From Burkholderiales bacterium (GTDB taxonomy: Bacteria; Pseudomonadota; Gammaproteobacteria; Burkholderiales; Burkholderiaceae_C): a DNA stretch of 64,000 nucleotides. The position numbers and the translations under genes were made by a program. Below, in pieces: positions 18,204 to 26,004 of this stretch. Numbering within the stretch: position 1 is the stretch's first letter; every line of letters starts with the position of its first letter. A model generated the notes under the pieces. That model was not told where the DNA came from. It saw only the letters and a list, made by a program, of their open reading frames with translations, and did no database searches. The stretch lies in the NCBI GenBank assembly GCA_038237415.1, contig JBBRYR010000008.1, forward strand, positions 25,852 to 89,851, given 5' to 3'.

Positions 18204-18254
18204 TGGACACTTTCTTCGGTTGTTGAAAAATAAAACACTTAAACAGGGAGAACA

Positions 18255-19142
18255 ATGACAGCAGAAATTTCTCTTCACTATGATGGTCCGATCGCGAAGG
18301 ATCACAAACTCTCATTGCGCGTGCTTGGCGGGGCACTTGACAACTTGCAGGGAGCCATTGACAGGGCAGTCATAGACGTCAAATACGGTAGTGTTTGGAA
18401 GCACGCGCGGCTGAAGAATTCTGATTACCCACTTGCGGAGTTTGACATCACGGGCTTCCGAGAAGGTGGCTTCATAGCCGACCTACGACAGTCGTTAAGT
18501 GGTCTAGGACCGGCCGTTCTGGACCGCGTGCGAAGTGCCCTGGTTCCCGGTCATGCCGCCGCGATTGCCGACGCAGGAGCTGTTTACGACAATCTTGCGA
18601 ATCAAGCGACTCTAAGGAAGCAAACTCTTGAAGCAGGCGCACTTGACGCCCCGGAATTTTCCCAATTCCTGAATGGGAGAAATGAAGAGATCAATGGGCA
18701 ATTCGGGGATCGAAGTATTCTTAAGGAAATCGATCAATTGCTAACGCCGATTCGCGCATCCGCTAACGCTGGCTCCACCCTAGAGATAACAATTACCACA
18801 GATGTGGCCAACACGGTCGTTCTTTTTGATCAGCGGATTGCCAAGAAATTTCATCGCGTTGTATCCACTAGGCGAATTGGAAACCCACTAACTATCTCCG
18901 CGCAAGTTAGATCGCTCAACCAAGGTAATAATTTTCAAGGCTCCAAAGGAAAGCTTGAGAACTTAGATACCGGTAGGGAATTCATACTGCACATTCCTAG
19001 CGAAGCCGCATTTAACTCGCTACTTCCATATTTGGAGAAAGGTGAGCAACAACAGACGATGGCGATTATTGCTTGTCCTGTACTGGAATACGAGAGCTTC
19101 GATCCTTATGGCGGTGATATGTACTTCCTAAAATTGGCTTAG
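18255..19142 (+). CDS. Hypothetical protein, AT-richer island (295 aa)
   Basis: Long ORF with RBS GGGAG; codon usage differs from the host; no motif recognised. Confidence 0.8.
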   Translation: MTAEISLHYDGPIAKDHKLSLRVLGGALDNLQGAIDRAVIDVKYGSVWKHARLKNSDYPLAEFDITGFREGGFIADLRQSLSGLGPAVLDRVRSALVPGHAAAIADAGAVYDNLANQATLRKQTLEAGALDAPEFSQFLNGRNEEINGQFGDRSILKEIDQLLTPIRASANAGSTLEITITTDVANTVVLFDQRIAKKFHRVVSTRRIGNPLTISAQVRSLNQGNNFQGSKGKLENLDTGREFILHIPSEAAFNSLLPYLEKGEQQQTMAIIACPVLEYESFDPYGGDMYFLKLA

Positions 19143-19145
19143 CCC

Positions 19146-19805
19146 ATGGAAATTCCAGAAGCGCTAAGTGACGCAGGTGCGGCGTATCTACAGGACATTC
19201 GTAGTGTCGTTCCTTTTTCGGCTTTGACTATCACGCTAGCTGCCCTTGTCTTGTCCCTCACCCGAGCGGCCAACGATTTCATCGAATCTGGAATTTGGAT
19301 TGTTGCCGGAGCTACTCCCATCGCCAAACTAACAAGCATCGACGGCGGCATTTGGACACATCTCAGTGTTCTGGATGCCCCACTTGCGTTCGCATGCGCA
19401 GGAGTTGCACTTTTGATAAGCAGCATTTACAGAAAAATCGTATTCTGGGCTCTGGCGTCATCGAAAGAATTTCGTCAACTTGAAGCGTCACAACACATCA
19501 AGATGAGCCTCGATACCAAGGAAGCGGAAAAACAGTTGAACTGGATAGACGGACAAATAGCAAAATCATTACCAAATCTCAAGAAAAAAGATATGGCGGC
19601 AGAACTACTCTGCGGCGTTGCTGCCTCGACCATTTTTTATGGAAATTTGGGAGCTATCGTTGATTTTTCCATTGTGATTGCGGCCTTGATTACGGCCTAC
19701 ATTTATGTCCAATCTTGCGCTAAGGACTATCTGACCACTGTCTACCCCTACTTCATGCTCAAGGCAAATTTGGCGGGACTCGTTCATCACGAGCCAAGGA
19801 GGTAA
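19146..19805 (+). CDS. Hypothetical multi-TM membrane protein (219 aa)
   Basis: 3 nt after the previous stop; about 4 hydrophobic segments with a central charged helical stretch. Confidence 0.75.
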   Translation: MEIPEALSDAGAAYLQDIRSVVPFSALTITLAALVLSLTRAANDFIESGIWIVAGATPIAKLTSIDGGIWTHLSVLDAPLAFACAGVALLISSIYRKIVFWALASSKEFRQLEASQHIKMSLDTKEAEKQLNWIDGQIAKSLPNLKKKDMAAELLCGVAASTIFYGNLGAIVDFSIVIAALITAYIYVQSCAKDYLTTVYPYFMLKANLAGLVHHEPRR

Positions 19806-19861
19806 GAGAAAAGGGGGCAGGCTCGACTTTCCAAGTATTTTGAAGGAGGGAATATAAATAA

Positions 19862-20578
19862 ATGGCAAAATTTCTAAACACCAGCGCAACCAACTACTTC
19901 CTTGAAGAGTTAATCAAGAGCGCGTCGGACCGGCTGATTCTGATCAGCCCATTCCTCAAACTTAACGACCGCATGAAAGAGTTGCTGGCGGATAAGAACC
20001 GGTTGAAGATTGATGTGCGCATTGTCTACGGCAAAAGCGAGTTGCAGCCACAAGAAATTGAATGGTTGCGCGGCCTGACCTACATCCGCACAAGTTTCTG
20101 CAAGAACCTGCACGCCAAGTGCTACATGAATGAAGAGATGTGCATCGTGACAAGCCTTAACCTGTATGAGTTCAGCCAGGTCAACAACAACGAAATGGGC
20201 ATTTTGATTCAACGCTCTGACGACAGCCAGTTGTACAAAGATGCTTACGAAGAAGCGCAACGCATCATCCGCATTAGTGACGAAGTGCGTATTTCGCTGG
20301 AGCGCGTTTCCAGTGAGCCCGACACAGTTGGCAAGGATGACGACAAAGGCGCGGATGACGCGGCAGCGACCGACAAGCTGACTTCCTCCAAGATCAGCCA
20401 GAAGTTAGGTTTAAAAACTGCCCAGTTTTTGGATCGGGCAACTGAGTTGGGCTATCTGGCCGCCGATGGCGAAAAGCACGTCATAACGCCCAAAGGTGAT
20501 AAGGCCGGAATTGAGTTTGTCGCCAAATCACGTTTTGGGCCGTACTTCTTGTGGCCACAAGATTTCCATTTGGCTTGA
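19862..20578 (+). CDS. PLD-superfamily (Nuc-like) protein with C-terminal wHTH-like domain
   Basis: LISPF, LHAKCYMNE (HxK), TSLNL, NNEMG motifs; RBS GGAGG. Confidence 0.85.
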   Translation: MAKFLNTSATNYFLEELIKSASDRLILISPFLKLNDRMKELLADKNRLKIDVRIVYGKSELQPQEIEWLRGLTYIRTSFCKNLHAKCYMNEEMCIVTSLNLYEFSQVNNNEMGILIQRSDDSQLYKDAYEEAQRIIRISDEVRISLERVSSEPDTVGKDDDKGADDAAATDKLTSSKISQKLGLKTAQFLDRATELGYLAADGEKHVITPKGDKAGIEFVAKSRFGPYFLWPQDFHLA

Positions 20579-20596
20579 TCCAACCAGACAAACACT

Positions 20597-21325
20597 ATGA
20601 GCTCAGAACTGTTTCCCTCCTTGATTAGTGGCGCAATTGCGATAGTGGCTGCAGGGATTGCCATTTGGGGGCAATTTAGGAACGTTCGAATAAATCATGA
20701 GTTCGAAAAGAGCAAACTGCAGGCTGAAGCCGAAAAAAATGTAGCGCGTTATAGCGAACCACTTGTTCGCGCTGCAGCTGATTTACAGAGTCGACTGTTC
20801 AATATATTGGCATTGAACTTTATCGATCGTTTCCTAGTCAACGGCAGCGCTCGAGAACGAAACTATGCCACTTTAAATTCAGCATTTCTATTTGCACAAT
20901 TCTTTGCTTGGACCGAAGCTACCCGTCAAGAAATTCAGTTTATCAAGCTCGACGGACACGAACAAACGCGAAAACTGTCAGAACTGCAAAGTAATATTTA
21001 CTCAATATTGCAAACCGATACATATACATCAGCATTTAGGGTATTCGCGGGTGAGCAGCGTGCGATTGGGGAAAAAATGCTGATACAAAGCCCGTTTGGA
21101 CTCAAATGCATGGGATATGGTGAATTCATTGCAAACGACGGATTTCCTAGCGACCCCCTGCTTAGTGCCCTTCATGACGACGTTAAAAACCTCAAAATGA
21201 ACAATGCAATTGCGGCCCCAAGGTTCATTGCGCTTCAAAACGCTCTTGTGGAGCTAATGGATTTCCTCGATCCGGACTATTTGCGCTTTCCTAAGGGAGA
21301 GCGCTTAAAGTATTCAGCCAAATAA
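20597..21325 (+). CDS. Hypothetical protein with N-terminal TM (242 aa)
   Basis: AT-rich ORF; TM at residues 8-26, then a helical domain (LFAQFFAWTEATRQEIQF, GEQRAIGE). Confidence 0.8.
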   Translation: MSSELFPSLISGAIAIVAAGIAIWGQFRNVRINHEFEKSKLQAEAEKNVARYSEPLVRAAADLQSRLFNILALNFIDRFLVNGSARERNYATLNSAFLFAQFFAWTEATRQEIQFIKLDGHEQTRKLSELQSNIYSILQTDTYTSAFRVFAGEQRAIGEKMLIQSPFGLKCMGYGEFIANDGFPSDPLLSALHDDVKNLKMNNAIAAPRFIALQNALVELMDFLDPDYLRFPKGERLKYSAK

Positions 21326-21352
21326 ATTTAATCGCGGCGACGCATCGTTAGA

Positions 21353-21766
21353 GTGCCCCTCTTGTCGGCCACGCTGGGCCAGCCCATCTTTGAGCCGCTG
21401 ACCAACGCACCCACGGCCAAGGGCGAAACGGAGCTGTTCTATTGCAAAGGCTCTGGCGCCGATGGCGTGGGCGAATACACCACCGAGGGGTTTGTGGTGC
21501 TCAAGGGCTCCGAAGGCCGCATTGAAAACGTAGCCTCCATTCAAGGCACATCCAACGTGCAGATTCGCGAGGCGCTGATGAAGGATGGCGTGATGGCCCC
21601 GCAAGACGGCCTGTACGTCTTCACCCGCAACCACCTCTTCCCCAGCCCCAGCCAAGCCGCCTTGGCGCTGATGGGCCGCTCCGCCAACGGCTGGGTGGAG
21701 TGGAAGGCCGCCAACGGCAAGACGCTGGATGAGTTGAAGCGCCAGGCTGTGGCAGCTGTTGGTTGA
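21353..21766 (+). pseudogene. DUF4357-like domain, probably the C-terminal remnant of a GIY-YIG-DUF4357 gene
   Basis: LGQPIFEPL, FVVLKGS, FPSPSQAA and GRSANGWVEWK motifs; GTG start without RBS; in-frame stop at 21329-21331. Confidence 0.65.
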
Positions 21767-21771
21767 TGATT

Positions 21772-21816
21772 TGCTACGTTTTTTGTAGCTGCTTGCGCAT
21801 ATTCCACGGGGGCTAG
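21772..21816 (+). repeat. 45-bp repeat family A, copy 1 of the island array
   Basis: TGCTACGTTTTTTGTAGC-TGCTTGCGC-ATATTCCAC-GGGGGCTAG, then AGGCC. Confidence 0.95.
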
Positions 21817-21862
21817 AGGCCAATTTGACACACCGATGGCTTGCTACGGTAAACTCAATTTC

Positions 21863-22153
21863 ATGCGCCCTTCCCAAGCCCTCCGCCAACACCGTGATGC
21901 CGTCTGCCTTGCTGCGGCGCGCCATCGCGTGGCGAACCCACGGGTATTTGGTTCCGCTCTGCGCGGGGATGACAGCGATGGCAGCGACCTGGACTTGTTG
22001 GTAGACCCTCTGCCAGGCACCACACTGTTCGATCTGGGCGGCCTGCAAGACGAGTTGCAAGAGTTGTTGGGCGTGTCGGTCGATGTGCTGACCCTCCAAG
22101 ACCTGCCGGTCAAGTTCCGCGATATCGTGGCCCAGGAAGCCCGGCCTGTATGA
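21863..22153 (+). CDS. mntA: Minimal nucleotidyltransferase antitoxin (MntA-like)
   Basis: GS-X10-DXD motif (GSALRGDDSDGSDLD); overlaps the HEPN gene by 4 nt. Confidence 0.9.
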   Translation: MRPSQALRQHRDAVCLAAARHRVANPRVFGSALRGDDSDGSDLDLLVDPLPGTTLFDLGGLQDELQELLGVSVDVLTLQDLPVKFRDIVAQEARPV

Positions 22154-22497
22154 CCGCAAACCGGTTGGCGGATTTTCTGGGCCACATGCGCCAGGCCATT
22201 GCCGATGCGCAATCGTTCACCGAAGGCGTGGCCCAGGCAGATTTCATGCAGGACAAGCGCACCCAGCAGGCGGTAGTGATGAGCCTCATCGTCTTGGGCG
22301 AAGCGGCCACCAAGGTGATGGATCAGCACCATGCCTTCGCCGCAGAGCACAGCCACATCCCCTGGCGCAGCATGCGGGGCATGCGCAACCGCATAGCCCA
22401 TGGCTACTTCGACATCAACTTGGAAGTAGTGTGGGACACGGTTCAGACGGCGCTGCCGGCTTTGAAGACACAGCTCGACGCATTGCCGTCTGTCTGA
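22150..22497 (+). CDS. hepT: HEPN RNase toxin (HepT/DUF86)
   Basis: IPWRSMRGMRNRIAHGYFDIN with the R-X4-H HEPN motif. Confidence 0.92.
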   Translation: MTANRLADFLGHMRQAIADAQSFTEGVAQADFMQDKRTQQAVVMSLIVLGEAATKVMDQHHAFAAEHSHIPWRSMRGMRNRIAHGYFDINLEVVWDTVQTALPALKTQLDALPSV

Positions 22498-22511
22498 TCT
22501 CAGCTTGTGAT

Positions 22512-22556
22512 TGCTACGTTTTTGATAGCTTCTTGTGCATATTCCACGGGGGCTAG
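22512..22556 (+). repeat. 45-bp repeat family A, copy 2
   Basis: TGCTACGTTTTTGATAGC-TTCTTGTGC-ATATTCCAC-GGGGGCTAG. Confidence 0.95.
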
Positions 22557-22563
22557 AGGCCTA

Positions 22564-23121
22564 TTACTTGCACCATTGCATTTCGCAAGGCACGCCGTCG
22601 CCGTTTCCGTCCATCTTTACGCCCGGGCAGTTAGCCAGAAAATACTTTGCCTCCTGGCAGGAGGTCATCTGCGTGCAATAGCGGCGGCCGTCGCATCTGA
22701 AGTTCGTTGGTGCGGGCGGCGGCTCCGGCAACAAAAGCTCAGCCTGCGCCGCGCGCATCTGTGCGGTGCGCTTGGTGTAGTGCTTGTACCCATACACACC
22801 CAGCGAAGCCAGTATCAACAGCAGTATGAGCTTGCTGCCAAAGCCGGTGCCGCTTGATGCGGGGTTGGCGGGCCTGGCAGAGCGCGGCGGCGTGGTGCGC
22901 GGTGCAGCTTGCACCCCAGGGCGGCTGACGCGCACGGCCTTCTTTTTGCCGTCGCGATCAGGTTCAATCTCAAAGCTGAGGCGTTCGCCTTCAGTCGGTG
23001 CAGCGCCGTCGCGGGCAAAGGCCGACACGTGGACAAAGATGTCCTGTCCGCCGTCGTCGGCCACAATAAATCCATAGCCGCGGTCAGCGTCCCATTTTTT
23101 TAGTTTGCCTTGGTAGCGCAT
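22564..23121 (-). CDS. Cold-shock-domain + TM + excalibur Ca-binding domain protein
   Basis: GKLKKWDADRGYGFI and IFVHVSAF (RNP motifs); TM; CDGRRYCTQMTSCQEAKYFLANCPGVKMDGNGDGVPCE. Confidence 0.9.
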   Translation of the reverse strand: MRYQGKLKKWDADRGYGFIVADDGGQDIFVHVSAFARDGAAPTEGERLSFEIEPDRDGKKKAVRVSRPGVQAAPRTTPPRSARPANPASSGTGFGSKLILLLILASLGVYGYKHYTKRTAQMRAAQAELLLPEPPPAPTNFRCDGRRYCTQMTSCQEAKYFLANCPGVKMDGNGDGVPCEMQWCK

Positions 23122-23161
23122 CTATTTTTACTCCCTTGCGGAGAATTATCGCCAAACTATC

Positions 23162-23206
23162 CGCTATGTTTTTGGTAGCTGCTTGCGCATATTCCACGGG
23201 GACTGG
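23162..23206 (+). repeat. 45-bp repeat family A, copy 3
   Basis: CGCTATGTTTTTGGTAGC-TGCTTGCGC-ATATTCCAC-GGGGACTGG. Confidence 0.95.
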
Positions 23207-23321
23207 AGGCTTATTTGATACAAAGTTTCCCGCGCGCGAGCCCCGGCAATCCCCCCACGGGTGTGCCACCACACAGACGGCGGCACGTTTCAGGCGTGCA
23301 ATGCAGATTTAGGAGCCCGCC

Positions 23322-23540
23322 ATGTCCCTGCACGCCACTATCCATCAACACGTGACCTACCGTCCCGGCGAAGGCGCTCCAATAGTCATTCCACCCGGCC
23401 CGGTGGAGGTGGACCTGAGCGCTGACAGCGCCACGCTTAGCTGGACCGAAACCAACGGCGCCGCAGGCCTGACGGCGATGCCGCTGGCGGAATACACCGA
23501 ATACGTGCGCCAGAAGCAGATCACGCCTGCCAAGGAGTGA
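23322..23540 (+). CDS. Small hypothetical protein (72 aa)
   Basis: RBS AGGAG at a normal distance; host-like codon usage; lies between repeat copies 3 and 4. Confidence 0.7.
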   Translation: MSLHATIHQHVTYRPGEGAPIVIPPGPVEVDLSADSATLSWTETNGAAGLTAMPLAEYTEYVRQKQITPAKE

Positions 23541-23560
23541 ACCCACCGCAGCGCCCTACT

Positions 23561-23605
23561 GGGCCGCACCCCTGCGGCTGCTTACGCATATTCCATGGGG
23601 GCTGG
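23561..23605 (+). repeat. 45-bp repeat family A, copy 4 (5' hairpin replaced)
   Basis: The 3' part GC-TGCTTACGC-ATATTCCAT-GGGGGCTGG is conserved; the 5' 18 nt form a different hairpin, GCCGCA-CCCC-TGCGGC. Confidence 0.8.
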
Positions 23606-23676
23606 AGTCACTTTTTCTAACTGTGCGCCAATCGAACGCAATTAGAACCAATATCCTAAAAAATTGTTTCTTGTAT

Positions 23677-23704
23677 TTGACAAATTTGTATATTTGTAAA
23701 TAAT
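23677..23704 (+). promoter_or_regulatory. Sigma70-like promoter overlapped by an inverted-repeat operator
   Basis: TTGACA at 23677, AATAAT at 23699; inverted repeat TTGACAAAT-6 nt-ATTTGTAAA (1 mismatch). Confidence 0.6.
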
Positions 23705-23714
23705 AAGAAACACA

Positions 23715-24230
23715 ATGATTCAAAATACACGCAATTCGGACGATACCGGCGCACTGCAGTTGCAAGCGCTTGGCGCGCAGATTCGTGCCCAACGCAAGGC
23801 GTTGCGCCTAAGCGCCACGGTCACCGCCGAGGCCGCGGGCATGTCACGGGTAACGCTGCACCGCATTGAGAAGGGTGAGCCATCGGTGACTATGGGCGCC
23901 TGGTGCAGCGCGATGGCGGCGCTGGGTATGGCGGTGCAGGCGACCATGCCAGCGAACGAGCGTGCGTCCACCGCGCAGCCGCCAGACGGTGCGGGCTGGA
24001 TTCCGGCGCGTGTGGCGCTGGCCCACTACCCGCAGTTGCGCGCGCTGGCGTGGCAGGTGCAGGGCACTGACACCCTCACCCCTTCTGAGGCGCTGGACAT
24101 TTACGAACGCAATGCGCGGCATCTGGATTTGCAGGCCATGTCTGCGGATGAACAGGCCTTGCTGCAGGCATTGCCGCTGGCCTTGTCGCGCAAGCCTCTC
24201 GCCGCAGGAGGTGATGGCAATGCAGTTTGA
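23715..24230 (+). CDS. XRE/HTH regulator, probable type IV antitoxin
   Basis: IRAQRKALRLSATVTAEAAGMSRVTLHRIEKGEPSVT HTH; overlaps the AbiEii gene. Confidence 0.85.
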   Translation: MIQNTRNSDDTGALQLQALGAQIRAQRKALRLSATVTAEAAGMSRVTLHRIEKGEPSVTMGAWCSAMAALGMAVQATMPANERASTAQPPDGAGWIPARVALAHYPQLRALAWQVQGTDTLTPSEALDIYERNARHLDLQAMSADEQALLQALPLALSRKPLAAGGDGNAV

Positions 24231-24933
24231 ACGCCCGCACCACCAGCGCATTGCCCATGTGCTCAGCGCCTTGGATGGCGCCATCCTGCGCCAACACAGT
24301 TGCCTGTTTGGCGGCGGCACCTGCATTGCACTGCGGTATGGCGAATACCGAGAGTCGGTGGATATTGACTTTTTGGTGTCCGACGCGGCGGGCTACCGCG
24401 AGCTGCGGCAACTGCTCACCACGTCTGCGGGCCTGGCGCCCATCACGCACGCGCATGCGATGCCTTTGGTGGCGCTGCGCGAGATCCGGGCCGACCAATA
24501 CGGCATTCGCACCATGGTGCAAATGGATGGGCAGGCCATCAAGTTGGAAGTCGTGCGCGAAGCCCGCATTACGCTGGAGCCGCCCGCAGCCGACGACACC
24601 ATTTGCGGCGTAAGCACGCTCACCCGCCTGGACTTGGCCACATCCAAGCTATTGGCCAATTCCGACCGACAAGCCGACGACGGCGTGTTCAGCCGCGATG
24701 TGATTGACCTGGCCATGATGGGCCTGCCCCTGCCCGCGCTGCGCGCCGCGCTGGCCAAAGCCGAGCAGGCCTATGGCGCCAGCGTGGCGCGAGATTTGGG
24801 CAAAGCCATAGACCGACTTCAAAACCGCCAGGGCTGGCTGGAGCGCTGCATGCAAGTGATGGCCATGCAGTTACCCAAGGCGGTGTTGTGGCAAAAAGTG
24901 CGGGCACTGCGGCGCATCGTGCCTGAGAGTTAA
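24220..24933 (+). CDS. AbiEii/AbiGii-family nucleotidyltransferase toxin
   Basis: FGGGTCIAL, YRESVDIDF, SKLLANSDR, RDVIDL; RBS GGAGG. Confidence 0.9.
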   Translation: MQFERPHHQRIAHVLSALDGAILRQHSCLFGGGTCIALRYGEYRESVDIDFLVSDAAGYRELRQLLTTSAGLAPITHAHAMPLVALREIRADQYGIRTMVQMDGQAIKLEVVREARITLEPPAADDTICGVSTLTRLDLATSKLLANSDRQADDGVFSRDVIDLAMMGLPLPALRAALAKAEQAYGASVARDLGKAIDRLQNRQGWLERCMQVMAMQLPKAVLWQKVRALRRIVPES

Positions 24934-24941
24934 AGTCGGTT

Positions 24942-24986
24942 TGCTACGTTTTCAATAGCTGCCTGCGCATATTCCACGAGGGCTAG
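24942..24986 (+). repeat. 45-bp repeat family A, copy 5
   Basis: TGCTACGTTTTCAATAGC-TGCCTGCGC-ATATTCCAC-GAGGGCTAG. Confidence 0.95.
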
Positions 24987-25018
24987 AGGTCTATCTGTTA
25001 CATAATTTGGCAATCACC

Positions 25019-25345
25019 ATGCCCCGCCGCAAGCACCACCACGTCTACGTGGTCGAACTCTCCCCAGACGTACTCTTTGAGCCGCGCTTTCGCAAGAGCA
25101 ACCCGGGCTACATCGAAGGCAAGCCCTGCGTCTACGTGGGCATGACGGGCCTGGACCCGGACGTGCGCTTTGACAAGCACAAGGCCGGCATCCAGGCCAA
25201 CCGCTATGCGCAGCAATACGGTCTGCGGTTGCTGCCCGATCTGTATGAGGCCTTCAACCCCATGCGCTATGAGGATGCCGTGGACAAGGAGATTGAAATC
25301 GGCATTGACCTGCGCTCAGCCGGGTTTGGGGTGTGGCAGGCCTGA
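25019..25345 (+). CDS. Minimal GIY-YIG-like protein (108 aa)
   Basis: HVYVVEL ... CVYVGMTG ... RFDKH ... E pattern. Confidence 0.65.
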   Translation: MPRRKHHHVYVVELSPDVLFEPRFRKSNPGYIEGKPCVYVGMTGLDPDVRFDKHKAGIQANRYAQQYGLRLLPDLYEAFNPMRYEDAVDKEIEIGIDLRSAGFGVWQA

Positions 25346-25376
25346 GAGGCTAGGCCTGTTCCAGGGGGGCTAGGCC

Positions 25377-25925
25377 TCAGACCGGGCCGGTGTGCTCGCC
25401 GCGGGCCGGGTAATCGACCTTGACGGCGAAGTCCACCGCACCCAGCAGGTCCTGAAACGCGGGGCGGGCAAAGGGCATGGTCTGCGCGGCGCCGTAATAC
25501 AGGGTGCCGTCTGGGCGCACGATGTAGACGGCGGGTTCGCTAAAGAGGGCGGGCTCTTCAATTCCGATCGATGTTTTGCCGCGCGAGGTGCTGATGTACA
25601 GGCCCCACTCGCGGGCGCTGCGCAGGCTCAGGCCGTAGCCAAACTTGACCGCTTTGGCGCTGACCTTGTCGGCCATTTGCTGGGCGCGGTCGGCATCGTC
25701 GCTGCTCACGGCCACCACTTGCACGCCACGGGCGGCAAACTCGGGGGCCAGGCGCTCCAGTTCAAGCAGGTATTTGGCGCAGAGGGGGCAATGCAGGCCC
25801 CGGTAAAACACCACCATGTCAAACAGACTACCGGGCTGGGCACCCAGTACAAAGCGGTCGCCGGTGGTGAGTGCCACGTTAAGGGCGGGCACGGGGTAAC
25901 GGGGCATGAGGGCGGCAACGCGCAT
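25377..25925 (-). CDS. Peroxiredoxin-like AhpC/TSA-family redoxin
   Basis: VVFYRGLHCPLC (CxxC), FSEPAVYIV. Start may be 25907. Confidence 0.9.
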   Translation of the reverse strand: MRVAALMPRYPVPALNVALTTGDRFVLGAQPGSLFDMVVFYRGLHCPLCAKYLLELERLAPEFAARGVQVVAVSSDDADRAQQMADKVSAKAVKFGYGLSLRSAREWGLYISTSRGKTSIGIEEPALFSEPAVYIVRPDGTLYYGAAQTMPFARPAFQDLLGAVDFAVKVDYPARGEHTGPV

Positions 25926-26004
25926 GGGGTGTCTCCTGATAAAAACCTATTTTGCAGTACTATTTGCAATCATTCATTCAACAAGTTTTGCAATTCATAC
26001 AAAA

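Noticed and set aside
21772-24986. CRISPR array
   Set aside because: Repeat intervals are 400-1400 bp and contain whole genes; copies are degenerate; no cas genes in the window.
18255-25345. Classical integron or CALIN with attC sites
   Set aside because: No integrase, and no paired RYYYAAC/GTTRRRY core sites at gene ends. A lone GTTAGAG at 21347 has no partner.
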